A stretch of 64,000 nucleotides of DNA from Geosiphon pyriformis uo1 (Eukaryota; Fungi; Glomeromycota), in the NCBI GenBank assembly GCA_016748015.1, contig JAAOMT010000302.1, positions 62,001-126,000 on the forward strand, given 5' to 3'. This document shows, in pieces, positions 14,955 through 28,584 of this stretch. The position numbers and the translations under genes are program-made. Below the pieces are notes generated by a model, which worked only from the letters and a program-made list of their open reading frames with translations, was not told the origin of the DNA and searched no databases. How positions within the stretch are numbered: position 1 is the stretch's first letter; every line of letters starts with the position of its first letter.

Positions 14955-15853
14955 TTTAATTCAGTTTAGTTTTACATATAAATAGATACATGTAACTGTA
15001 TTAAAAATGTCATAAATTAGGAAAAGCAATAAGAAAAACGAATTTAACATTTGAGGTATTAAAGTTGTCAATAAGAAATTACTCCTTTTCGAAAGACTAT
15101 AAATATTGCTGATCAAAAGTTCAAATCAACACTCAATCACGCTCTGTTTGCCTGCTAAAGTTCGATAATCTGCGAAAATCTTTAGTTCACACGATCTTCA
15201 CATAAAAGGTTGATCATGATCTCTTCTCAATACAACTGTGCCCTTTTTTGCACCTTTTGAGGGTAGGATGCTCTTTTTAATCTATAGAAAATATGATTGT
15301 GAATCCCTAAAGTGTTTCAANNNNNNNNNNNNNNNNNNNNTAAGGAGTTCTTTCTAAAAAGTGATTTGGAATATGGCTTTTATAAATAGTATAAAATTAA
15401 AGAGTTTTGTAAATTATAATAATTTTAGATATCTATCTAAAATCATTATAGTCTAATTTTGTCTTTATAACTTCATACAGAAAAGGTTTTAATTTTTATC
15501 AATTATGCAAGAATAAATCTTGACTAGAATCAAATATAAATATTTCTCCTTAGATTTATGACGTTAAAATATTAAATCAGAAATAGAATCGTTAAAAAGG
15601 TCATGTATATTTTTATGTCAATCAAATCTTAATTCCCATTTTCTAAAAAGTCTGCATATTTAATTCACATGATACTTTCAAAGTCAACTCTTTTGTCTTA
15701 AAATATTAATATTTCCCAAAAAACTGTTTTTGATAAATTGTCTTCTATAAAAAGAATTCAATAAAGATTTATTTTTCTAATTGTTCTAAAGCGAAGAAAA
15801 GGTTTTAAAAACTTTCCATTCTGAATTATTTAGTGTAAAATAATTCTTTTATA
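14955..15853. repeat. Right copy of ~880 bp inverted repeat (contains 20-N gap)
   Basis: Reverse complement of 4499-5380; carries an extra ~20 nt near 15677-15698 and scattered substitutions toward its ends. Confidence 0.92.
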
Positions 15854-16487
15854 AGCTTTTACTCAATATTAATGTAAAATTAAAGTCGAGCCTTAAATAT
15901 AACGTGAAATTAATCATGATTTGAACCAACAAGTTAAAAACAGTAAAATTTGAATTATCTGAATTTTTGGTTGGTTTTTTTTAATTTTATAAAATAAATT
16001 TAAAAAAAAGTTACTGTATTTATGAATATATAAAATTTTTTAAATTAATTTAATTAATTAACTAAAAATTATTAAATAAAGATTACATTTATATTATATT
16101 ATAGAATTCTTGGACTACACCGTGTGCAATGAAAACCTATATATATATTTCTTGTTAAATTAAATCTTTGTCCCCGTTTAGTTCACTAGTAATTATTTAT
16201 AATATTTTTATTATTATGGCATACTTTTAAACAAGACAAGAATATCATGATATTGAAGAATAAGGGTCAACAGAGAGTGCGATTTTTCGTGAAGCATACA
16301 AAATAGGACATATTTGTTTCCAATAGATGAATAAACTTGGTGTTTAAAAGATATCACATGTTTTTTTAACAATCAGAAAGCAGGGTGACTTTGTCGCAAC
16401 ATAAGAGATATTTAATGTACTTAAAACAAAAAGATTCCGTTTGGCAACATTTTAATTCTATTGATTTTTTATCTGAAAATATCAACT

Positions 16488-18020
16488 ATGACCAACTTTA
16501 TTCAAAATGAAAGCCCTGATAATGAATATGAAGATGGTGCAATACCTATGGAAGGCATTATAATAAACGATGAACAAGAAAGTTTATCAAAAAAAAATTT
16601 GAGTATCGATATTAAACACCCCCATATAAGGAACACCCAGGAAAACTTTAGTTCATCCTCAATCTCAATTGGAGCTGAAAATTATATTTTAAAGGAGCAA
16701 TTTCACTCCAGCTGGCCTCCAGGTAACTTCGGAGAGATTTTCACAAGTTTGAAAGTGGATGATAGAGAAATAGAAATTTCAATGGTTTATCTACAGATAT
16801 AATCGCTTAAAAAAAATTTATCTTTTCCAATGTGCTCTTATTCCCTCCTAGGCCCTCGATGCCTATGTCATCATCATCAATTTGCGATTAAAACTAAGCA
16901 GTCAAACTGCCATCATTTCAACAATCAATATAAAGACAATTTCAAAGAACGGTTTTACAAGGAACAAAACTTACTCAAGGAAAGTCAGATAAATTATCAG
17001 AAATTGCTTGAGCACTACAATCATGATAAAAACAAATGGGAAAATGAAGAAAATCAGTATCGTCAAATAATCGAAACACTTCAAATTAAACGTGAAGAAT
17101 TAAAAGCGGAGGCTATCCAATACCAATTAGCTCTTGGAAGCATCACTAACCTTCGCTGGGATGATGCTAACATGAATAACTCTGTTAATTTGAATAAAGA
17201 TATTGGAAAACTTCAAAGCTTGCTCCTTGAATTTACACAGCTGAAAGGAAAGGCCTATTCCATAAAGGAACTTGGAATGAATAACCTTTTTGAGCATTTT
17301 GGATCTCAAAGTGATTCGAAACACAAGCCAACTTGCAGGGCAGCCCTTCAACGTTTTGTAATCGAGACAATTCTTGAACAATTAGATAGATATCTTCTCG
17401 TAGGAAAAAATCTTCAAGATAATGATTTAATCGAACGTGACCTATTACAAAAATTTGGTGGCCTCGGTATGTCCCTCGAAAATTTCATGAAAATGCGTAA
17501 GGGAACAGGCAATTCGATAAACTTGATCTCAATTAAGCTGCGACAAGAAATTTTTGCAATATTAGGAAACCATGGTTTTGCCAATAAAGACAATCAATTT
17601 GTTGTGAATTTGAAATCGTCGCTGCTACGAGAGATGGAAAAATATCGAAAAATTGAGTCGCCTGATAAAAGCGTAGAACAAGAAGCTCGAGCTGTCGAAA
17701 TTATACTTGAGGTTGTGCGAATTCTCTATTTCCGAGTTCGAGCCCAAGAGCCGATCATTTCTTTACGCTGGTTTGACAACGGTGAACCTCTGAACAGGAA
17801 TATGATGGAATGGGCTTCAGACGGTGACGATCATGACAAAGTGGTTGATATTTGTGCCTTTCCAGTCATTGGTATAAATCTTGACCACCCCGAAATATGG
17901 CAGATTTACACAAAAGCAAAAGTTCAGATTTGTAAAATAAATGATGAACCGAGGAAAAAATCGAGCCGCTTTTTAGGCATTTTTAGTATGGCCTATTGGT
18001 ATTCACAAAAGAAATACTAA
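16488..18020 (+). CDS. Coiled-coil protein with C-terminal GrpE/MIEAP-like domain, paralog G1; exons 16488-16722, 16852-18020
   Basis: Phase-1 intron (CCAG|GTAACT...CTAG) joins two ORFs; shares EAxxYQxALG, RWxDxxxNxxVxL and DICxFPVIGxNL...KAxV with 26148 and 31365 genes. Confidence 0.85.
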
Positions 18021-18449
18021 ATATCAAAATTTAAGTATAGCATGCCTTGCATTTTACATAAGGCTAATCAAATTTATCGTACCCTTTTATTTCTGATAGT
18101 AAAAAATAAAATAAGCTCTGATCTTTTCAATTCTTGAAGCATTATCCAAAAGTTGGGTGCGCTGCAGTTTTTTTTACCTACCCCGTTCTTTCAAATGATA
18201 CAAAATAAATTTATTAATCATCGCATTTTTTAAATTGTTTTTTCTCCACAAAATTTTGAAATAAAAGCCAATAAGATGTTAGCTTATAAAATTTAAAAAT
18301 ATATTATAAAATTAAATTGGAAGATATAAAACACTTTGCATGATCAGTAATTTTACAATATTTGATGGTTGGGATGAATGACCCCATCGAACGCATCGCT
18401 TCGTTATAAACAAAATAGATAGAACTGAACCACTTCTGGTGGAAGCTCA

Positions 18450-20778
18450 TTATTTCGAAAGTGAAACATGAGTTATCGTATCATTTTCAAAATCATCACG
18501 TATTTCGAAATGTTTCTCAACAATTTGGCCAGTCGTTATGTTGTGCGCTCTCGCTTTGATTTCCAAAGTGCCAAATGTTAAAGAAAATTCGACGGGACGA
18601 TCTTTTCCAAGATGAACATCTGGTAATTCCTTTTATCATATCAAAATCTCTCATTGAGTTCGGTTTTTAAAAGTATTACGGTCAAATAATTTTTAGAATA
18701 CTTACAACATCAAGTTTCCCTAATAATGTCATCCCGTCTTCATCGCAATACTTTGGATCATATTTATGAGTTGTGTAAATTTTATAAAGGACTTCAGTTT
18801 GGTGTGGAAACAATGGCTGTGTTGGGATTGAGAACTTTTGATCAACTTTTACTATTTTTCCACGGGAAGCTAAAGGTTGAAAAATTTTAATATATTTCTC
18901 TAAATATTTCCTTTCAGGTGGATGTTTATCCTGATCAAAATCTGCGGCGAGGTCACATCCGAAAGTTTTCCTTAGAACACGAGTTTGAATTACATTCATG
19001 TTCAACCCTATTATTTAAAAGCATTTTTTTTATTAAGGCAACGTTTAAAACAGAGACCTTCAATAATACTGACCATAAAGAACAGCACCGCGAACCACAC
19101 TAGTAATAGGGTTAGTAGGAACTGAAATCAATGGAACTATTTTGTCAAATTCTTGATGTAGGCGAAGTATTAGGTATTTGGATTCTCCGAATCCCCCGAC
19201 CACAAAGATGGCAGAGCATTTTTTATTTGCGTTTTTCAGTTGTTGGCGTACAAGCCGAAGTATTTTTCCAATGACCTTATCGAAGAATTCTTTGACGACA
19301 GCAAAATCTAACTTAATTAACCATTCAGCTTTCTCCATTTTTTTTAATGCATCGCCTTTGACATATTGCATAAGAACTGGACAAACTTCTTCAAGATCAA
19401 TTTCTTTGGTCTTCCAAGTCTTTGGATTACCATCAAAACGAAATTTAACTTCTGTGCAAAATTGCTGAACCAGATATTGCATTTGTGCGTAATGTTTTTC
19501 TTCTAATAGTCGAACGGCTTCAGCACCAACCTTCTGGATAAGATGTTTTTTAAATTCACGATCTATATAAGTTGAACCGCAAAAGTCACCCGAACTTTCG
19601 GTGACTTCATCTAAAGTATTATCATTTTGAAGGGTTCGCACGGTCAGATCAATTGTGCCCCCTCCACAATCGACTACCATATAAGTTGCTGTCGTGTACG
19701 AAAGGTAAAAAAGAACCATTGGAAACTTTTAAAGCTTTTTTAAAAACAGAAATAGCTTTATAATCATCTTACATCCAACGGAAAGGTTGTTCTCCTTTAA
19801 GGTATCAATACAATATATTGCTGCGGCTTCAGCTATTAATAAGGTATTTTGATTGATACTTTAAAATATTCCATATCAAAATCATTAAAAAAAAGCCACC
19901 TACGTTCTGTGGTAAACTCCAATTGATTAGAATCTAAGGATGTGATCAAATGAGCTTCATAGGCGCATTGCCTCATAACTGCTCGAGCAGTTTCCTCGTA
20001 TTCTGTCGGTAGTGCCAGTACTAGGAGAACATGTTTGTCAAAAAGCAATCCTGGCCATCTCAATGTAACCTTTTCTTTCACAAGCTTGAAAAAATTCAAA
20101 TTAATTAAACTTGAAAACGAGATGAATAATTGATAAATTATTTGAATTGAAACACTTTACTTTTCCCAATTCATGTAAATAATCCGTGATTGCCTTCTTA
20201 AAATCTAAACCGCTCGGCAATGATGGTTTGTCCTTATCCGCCATGTTTCCCAAACGAAGTTTAAATAATTCCACAGGCTTTGACAGACCATTTGATCGAG
20301 CACCTATTCCTTTCTTTGTCTCCTTCTCGGCCAAAGCCGGAAATCCCCATTTCAAAACGTTAAGACTATCATCGTACTGGAGTGCTGTATTAGTTTTAAA
20401 GCCACCTTTTATTCCGGGCCTTGAGTGAGAAACTAGTCAGCGACTATATTTAACTGCACCTATCTGTTGAGCAAGTTATATTATTGAGAGAACACTCTAC
20501 CAATCATCATTTGTTTCCAATCTGTTTGGATTAGCTGTATGTGCAAAAGCAAACCCTAAAAAAAAATAGAAAATTTATTATCTTTCTTTGGAATATTTCC
20601 AATGCTTGATGGAAAAATTTTATTTACCCGAAAATGTTGTACCAAAGTCTAATTTTGAGGGGAGTGTAAAAAAATTTAATCAGTATCTGGCTAAAAAAAA
20701 CTTATAAACAGGAATTTTTTTCTTTGTATACTTGCCAATAGCGACCACAACACGGATATCGCGGTTTGAAAACGACAT
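18450..20778 (-). CDS. Atypical Hsp70 (HSPA12-like actin-fold ATPase), paralog H1, multi-exon
   Basis: MSFSNRDIRVVVAI-DFGTTFSGFAF, EAAA, VVDCGGGTID, GDFCGSTYID, FVVGGFGES, LPDVHLGKDRPVEFSLTFG; stop at 18450-18452. Confidence 0.92.
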
Positions 20779-23436
20779 GATTCAAGCTTGAAAGTTCAGT
20801 GGGATTTTTCCAAACAAGAAGGAAGAACGCTTTAAATTAAGTTTTATTTGGTTCGCGGTAGTTGCGAGCATCTATTATTTTGCTTATTCAATCAATTAAA
20901 TGTAGTATAATAACAATGAATACCAAAGGTTATCACCGAATAGGCTCTTATTGTTTTTTCTTTAAATTTACTAGTGGAAAAATAATGAACTTTGATAACT
21001 CCATTCATGTACGGTGAACCTAATCTTGTGGAGTATATTTAGGATTTGCTGATAAATTCAAAATAATTCATCAATTAGATGTAATCTAATAATTGGTTTC
21101 ATTGAAAAAAGACATTCATCTCCGAAACTTTCAACAATAGGTCCCTCAATTCGAAATAGTTGTCAATGGGTTAAGAGTTATATGTTGTAAATACCGAAAA
21201 TGGGTTTGAAATCAAGATTCTTAATTTTCTCATTAATAAAAGCTAAATGTTGAATCCACAAGGAATGAAATTGATTCCTGGCCCAACCAACTTTATAAAC
21301 TTATGTTTTAAAATATTTAAAATAAATATTGGAATGATTTTCATAAATAATTTATAGAATTCATATTAATTTAGCAGCATCATATTTCTTGATCGAATTT
21401 TAAATTGGACAATTTAGAAATTTTTTCATTGTTGTCTTTCTTTAATTTGATAATCTAGCAGGAATTCAATTATTCCTTTAGAGAATTATTCTGTGTTAAT
21501 TTATTTTTTATAAACCAAGAATTTGCCACATTTTAATTCTTCCTTGAATATGGGTAGCAATTATATTTGAACTTAATGCCCAAATAATGAGACGCAAGAG
21601 TTTTACTATAAATAATATCGGTTCCCTTTGACGATACCATTAAAATCTACCCATCTAATGTACGAAAAATACATATAATTTTGGAAAATGTTTTTTCACA
21701 GACTGAAGATTAAGAAAGTTAGGTGAGAAATCTGATTTGCAAAGATATCAAAGGAGACTATTAAGGAATGTATGGCAGAGTTCATAAACAAGGATATTCC
21801 TCATGAGAACAAATAAAAACATGAAAAACTCCCAAAAAAGGTTTTTTAATGAAAATGAACACTTACCAGACATATGTCTTTACATATTCGAACTAACCAC
21901 AGATGAATATAATGATGTTTTTTAATAAATTACAAAATAGAATACTTATTATGCTTCTCTTTTTCTTGCTTTGATAAATTTAGTTTTACAATACCATTTT
22001 TTGTTAAGTAATTAATCACATCCTTTGTATTTTTCATTTTATAAATGATCAAAAAAGAAAATTGTCTTTTTTGTCAAATTTTCATTGCATTTATTCTATT
22101 ATATTTCATCATTTCTTTTTTCACATTGATATTAATATTTATATCATCTGTTATTATAATAAAATTGTTGTTTATAACTTTTTATATGAATTACCATTTT
22201 TAAAAATTTTTCAATGTTTATATTAAATCTATATAATGTTAATTACAAAGTTATAAATACTTTATAATTGCATTTTTTTTTGTTTTTATATTTAAATCTA
22301 ATTTATTTTAATAGAATCAATTTTGCTCTTATTTTAAATTAAATATTTGTATCATAATAAATTATATTTTAAAAAAGTTTAACAAACTTTAAAAAAACAT
22401 TGGTTAATTTTAAAAAAAAATTTAAACTGCAAAAAATGTATTTCGTAATATAAATTTACTATAAGATTAATATAATAATTAATAATTAATAATTATCTAA
22501 AAAAAAAATACAATTGACTTTTAAAATTTATTCAATTTAATAAATATATAATTTTGTATTTATTGCATATACACATGTAAATATATATCTGTATCTATTC
22601 TTAAATTAATTATTTTATCCAAACTATTAATGAATATTTCAAAAAAAAATCAAAAAAATAAATATTAGCAAAATGGCTAATACACAACAAATAAATTTTT
22701 TTAGGTTACAGATATAATATTGTCACATTTATAAATTTCAGTTTTTGGGTGAAAAACTAATGAATTAATGTTATTAATTATACAAAGTAACTTGTTATGC
22801 AAAACTTACTTTTACTTTTTTATATTGAGCTTTTCATTACCAAAAGATCTTTTATGTTTGCGACATATGTTGTTCCAAGAGAATTTTTCATTTTGCAAAT
22901 GACTGTAATTGTGTTTTCATAAAAAAGTTCGGTAAGACAACTTCAATGAAGTGCAAAACCAAACCACGAAAATATCATAATGAATTTCAGAATTCTTGAT
23001 GTCTTTAATATTTCTAATATGCGTTCAAATATAAAATATATTAGTTGACTCTGATAATTTTACATTTATGCTTCGACCAAGGTTTTTTGCAAGACCTGTT
23101 GATATAAAATGGACAATTAAAGAATACAAAAGCAATTATCGATTTAAGGACTGAATTATCGATAAAAAGATAGATTAAATTTCCAATTCTGTATTTTACA
23201 AGTCGCGAAAAGACTCAGTGAATAAATCTTTTTTTTTTCAGACAAGTTTTTTGTATGAATAAGTAGTTACTATCTAAAAATCCCAACATTTTAATCTTGA
23301 CAAACCATTGGTAATTTATTTTACTACTGAAAAGTTCCAATTGATCGTGCACTGAATAGCCAACCTTCATCAGATCACTGAAATCCCTACTTCCTGATCT
23401 ATTTATTTACTGAGTCATAGCGTACCAACACTTTTT

Positions 23437-25826
23437 CTAACTGATAAAGTTATTCATTGTCCAATTAGTTTGGTATACACGGTCAGTGAGTTTATTTCGT
23501 GCTTTTGCTTTCAAATTGTATTTTCCAAATGTGAGGGAAAATTCAATTGGTCGATTAATACCAAGGTTTGTATCGGGTAAATCTGTTATGAATGAAGCGA
23601 AAATGCAAACTTTAAAAACTCTATAAGATAACCAGGGCAAAAAAGAAATCAATACCAGACAAACCTATGCGCAATGAGCCTAAATGAAACACGTTCCGCT
23701 GTTTACAGTGCTTTGCGTATCGCATAGGCGTGTAATATACTTTGAAAATAGCCGAATCTTGGTTGTGAAACGCAGGTTTAAATTCTTTTGAAAATTCTTT
23801 ATTCACTTCGATTTGCGTCCCACGTTCCGCCAATGTTTCAAATTTGAATATTCGGCCATCTGGTTCTCTACAAGAAAAAATAACAAACGTTGTAATGAAA
23901 ATTGAGAAATAATTTCTCTATAACTATTTCAAACCTTGCCCGTTCCGGATCCCCAGGGAGGAATTCTGAAAGTACTTCTATCCCATATGTCCACTTTAAG
24001 GTACGCGTACGTACAGTTTCCATATTTAACCCATATGCTACAGCTCCCTTAACTACTGCAGCCATGGGTTGTCGAGGTTCGGCAATAACTGGGATATGAT
24101 TTTGAAACTCTTCGCGAATACGTTTACGAAGATATTTTGATTCAGAAAAACCTCCAACGAGAAACATTGCCAAAGGCTTTTTCTGGGTAGCATCTGTTAT
24201 TTGATCAGAAATCAGTTTGATAATTTTGTTAATTACAGGATCAAACATTTCTTTGATTGAATCGAAATCTAGCTCCATCGTCCAATCCTCGGCTATCATC
24301 TCCTTGCTCGTGTTTTCATCCACACAATCGAGTAAAATCGGACAGTATTGTTCAATATCAAGTTCAATATTTCTGAAGGTAGAACGAACCCCATCAAATA
24401 AATGTTTTACACGAGGACAGAAAAACTTTTGGACCAAGTATTGAAGCTGCCCATAATTTTCTGTTTTTACTTTTTCCATTGCAGACCAGCCCAACCGCTT
24501 TCCGAGAAATTTAAGAAATTCCCGGTCGACAAACGTAGAACCGCAAAGGTCACCGGTTCGGACTGTAATTTCGTCAATTTTTTTGTCATCTTTTAGCAAT
24601 CGCGTTGTTAAATCCACTGTACCACCACCACAATCTACTACCAAAAAAGAGTCTAGAAAGAGAAGGGTCAGATTAGGGTCAAGATAAAAACGATTTGCGG
24701 GCAATCAAAATTGATACAACCTCCAGGCTTTAAGTTATGCTCATCAACCACTTTTAAACAGTAAATTGCGGCCGCTTCCGCTAAAAAATTTATAAATTTA
24801 TGAACGAACTAAAATCTGAAAAGATCTTTTTATCGAAATTGCAAAAAGCATACGTTCACTCGTGAATTCCAATTTTTCGGATTCAATAGAATCAATTATT
24901 CCAGCCGAATAGGCACATTCTCGCATTGTATTCTTAGCATTATCGTTCCTTGGAAAAAATTAAAAGATAAGAAATTCAAATGAGATTTCTGTAAAGATTC
25001 TGCAACCCAAGACAATCTCTTTACCATTCCGCTGGTATCGTTGTTACATATAAAACTTGAGAGAAAGACATATCAGGCCATGTAGTTTCTATCCTTTCTT
25101 GAATGACCTAAAGTCCAATAGAGATAATTATGTCCAAAAGCATTTACACAAACCTTAAAAATTCAAACTAATATTATTTCATACCTGATTCATTTCTCGG
25201 AGGTAATCTATTATGGGCTTTTTAAATTCCATTTTAGGAGGCAAGAAAGGTTTTGTATCTTTAGGCATATTAGAGAGATGTAATTTAAACATCTCTACAA
25301 AATGTTGCTTTTTGCCTCGCTTGGTACGTTTTTTCCTAGCTGGGGTATCAACGAGGGCAGGTTCGCCCCATGCTGAAAGCGTGAGTTCATCGTCCTCACT
25401 GACATTATACCGGATGGCAGTATTGGTTTTTGGGAGTCCTTCGCGCCCTGGCCTTCAAACAAAAATTTAGGTAACGATTAAAGAAAACCTGGAAATTTTC
25501 AAAATTTGTCCACTTTTATTATTTAATAAACGAACCAAGTCCCATTTGTTTCAATTTCCCCTGTGGCTTTGTGCGCGTAAGCAAAACCACCTGAAATAAA
25601 TTTGATAAAAAAGATAAATTTTACAAATCGCAATTTGATTAAGATATTTGTAGCAAATTAAAAAATTTAATTACTAAATGTGGTTCCGAAATCTAAAAAT
25701 ATTTAAGACGCAGTTAATGACTTTGTTATTAAGTATAATAAATTTCTCAATTACTTTGAACTTACCAATGGCTACTACTGCCCGAATCTCATCAATGGCT
25801 ACTGCCCGAATCTCATCAAAATTCAT
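23437..25826 (-). CDS. Atypical Hsp70 (HSPA12-like), paralog H2, multi-exon
   Basis: IRAVVAI-DFGTTFSGFAYAH, VVDCGGGTVD, GDLCGSTFVD, FLVGGFSES, LPDTNLGINRPIEFSLTFG. Confidence 0.92.
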
Positions 25827-26147
25827 TATAATAGAAGAAATGGTTTGAATAAAGTGTAAAAGAGTCTACAGCAAGCAAAGGGATTTGGGGGATTAACGTA
25901 ATCAATAGAAATTAATGTTTAGCGTTATAATGAGTTTCAATTCATCAGTTTACTTGGCTGGAATGAATTTAAATCTGGCTTGACAATCGATAAAACTGGT
26001 AAAACAGGAGAATAAAACAAAGAAAACCTGAATATGTAATAAAGTGCAACATTAGCCGAAGTTTTGGGTATGTAATTATTACTAATTAGGATAGATGTAC
26101 GCGGTTGTAAGCTGGAGAAAAGTTTACCCATAGATTATAAGTTAACA
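25827..26147. promoter_or_regulatory. Short divergent intergenic region, putative bidirectional promoter (H2/G2)
   Basis: Start codons face apart 321 bp from each other; function inferred from geometry only. Confidence 0.5.
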
Positions 26148-28175
26148 ATGAATGACACCAATAAAAATTGCCAACATCTCCGTATTGTGCAAATGAACGA
26201 CTCTTTCAATCAAGACGTTCAAGCAACCAGTAAATTTACACCAAATATTGAAGAAATAGGAAAGAATTTTTATTTTTCAAATAGTCAATTTGAACTGACA
26301 TATGATCCATCCATTGGCTCGGGTCCTAATTTGCTAAATCAAAATACTCAGTCGCCCAATATGCATCATAATGCTTTATTGGAGTGGGATTGTCTCTTTG
26401 GGGTTGCATCTCAGATGCGATGGCAAAACTTTGCTCTCCTGTTTGTTGTCATTTGGGATGCAGGACCTAGGAATCAAAAGACAGATGAACTCAAAGGGGA
26501 AGTTGAAAATCTTAAATTAGGGATCACTTTCCTAGAAGAACAAGGTGGGGCGGAAGCGGAGCAATGTCAAGAATTCATAAAAATGTTAGATAGCTATGTA
26601 AAATATTGGGAAAAAAATGAATCTAGATATCGTGAGGAATATACACAATTACTCAAAAGGGATCGTTCTTTCCTCGAGGGAAGATCAAATCTCCTTGAAA
26701 AGTTCCATGGCTTGGACGAATCGCACAGCAAAAATTTACGAATGATTTGTCAAATGCGAATCAAATCCTTCGCTAAGTTTGCGTTATATATAAATCAATA
26801 TTTACATGATCATCCAGCAAGAAAAAAGTTTCAATCAGAAAATAATGTGGCTCAATCTTCTTTCAACGATCAAAGGCAAATTTTTAATGAGAGACCATTC
26901 ACCAAGGTTTTGGGAGAATCTTCTGAGGAATCATTCACCAAAGTTTTGGGAAAACTTGCGACAGCGCGCGAAGAAATTAAAAAGGAACCAGGTGAATTGA
27001 AAGCAGAAAAAGGGGAACAAAAAAGTAAAGAGATTTTGACTTCCAAATCGGTATCCACTTTCTTGTCAGATAAAGAAAGAATTGAAGAACTTGAGAAACA
27101 AGTTAAATCCCTTAACCAAGAAGCGGGAAAATATCAGGCCGCGTTAGGAAGAGCTATAAATGTTCGTTGCAGCGATGACGACCCTAATAGCTCTGTGAAG
27201 CTCAACAATGAATTTGACGATATTCATTACTCAATTGAAGCATTCGTTAAAATAAAGGGAAGTAAGATGAAACTTAGAGACAGAGCAGCAAGATCATTGT
27301 TGGAGAATTATAAATCCTTAGCCTCAACTTCCGTAAATGCGGGCTATAAACTTGCCGTTCAAGCCGCTCTAGAGAGAAGAACTTTAGAGACAATAATGAA
27401 TATTGCAGAAAGATACCTTAATACAGAAATTATGTCGTCCCCTGAAACAAAGGTAGTGACAAGAAATAAGGCCTTAATGACTGGAAATAATGATAAAGAT
27501 TCAAATAATGATTTTACAGGTGAGTCACGGGAATGGAATAATATTCATCTTGGTAGTAAATTGTTTACTGAAATCTGAAACTCATCCAATTATATTATGG
27601 ATAAATTTTCAAAAGAAATTGAAAAAATTGTCATCTCATCCATGAAAACATTAGTTGAAAACATGGAGCTTTTCGAAAAATATCGGCGTGGTTCAGACCA
27701 CATAACACCCATATCACGAATTAAAATCTCTCAACAAGTATATGCTACGCTAGGTTCTCGAGCATTTAATAATTCAAAGCATCCGCTCATCCAAGAAATC
27801 GAGCATGAGCTTCTCACACTTATGGCTAATCATCGAGAAGTACTCGACGAAATCAGGAAAAAAGAGCTAGACGAAATGGCAGCTCACATCGGCATCGATA
27901 CCATCAAGATTTTTCAATTCAGGTTGAAAACTCAATCTCCAATTCCTGAGTACAGATTTTTCGAAGCAGGCGAGCATATTGATCCAATTGCTATGCAAGG
28001 GACTTGGGATGGCGATATTGAGGAATATGAAATCGATATCTGTATGTTCCCTGTTATTGGGGTCAATCTCGACGACATTCAAGATCGGCGAGTTTTCAAT
28101 AAAGCGAGAGTTATTGTAAGGCCTAAAGCGAATAATACACAAAAGCCAAACAATATCTGGAATTCAAAAAAATAA
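26148..28175 (+). CDS. Coiled-coil protein with C-terminal GrpE/MIEAP-like domain, paralog G2; exons 26148-27519, 27616-28175
   Basis: ACAG|GTGAGT...AAAG phase-1 intron joins the 476 aa and 192 aa ORFs; EAGKYQAALG, GEHIDPIAM, DICMFPVIGVNL, RRVFNKARVIV. Confidence 0.85.
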
Positions 28176-28584
28176 TTAATGCTATAATAGCAGAGGGTGT
28201 GTCTTTCCAAAATATAAATATATATTTTATATATCAAAGATTAAAAACTGTCTAGTTAACTGTTGGTTCAAAGTATTTTATAGGAAATAAAAAACCTTAT
28301 TTCTAGTTATCAAACGTTTTCGTTAGCGGGTGGTTAAAAATAGTTCTTGGAAATCATGTATTTACATTAAAATTGAAGAACTTTCATCCCACAAGCGTTA
28401 CCAACAATTTTATTCATTCAATGTTCTAAGACAAGTCAGTACGTTTAAATATTAAAAATATCTAATGTCTTTGAAATCAAAAAAAGGGAGTTTGTTTGGT
28501 AACCAAGTTTTACTGTGGATGATGCTTAAAAGCTCAGGTCTTAATCAAAATTTATCCTTTTAATATCAATTTTCAGAAATTCCT

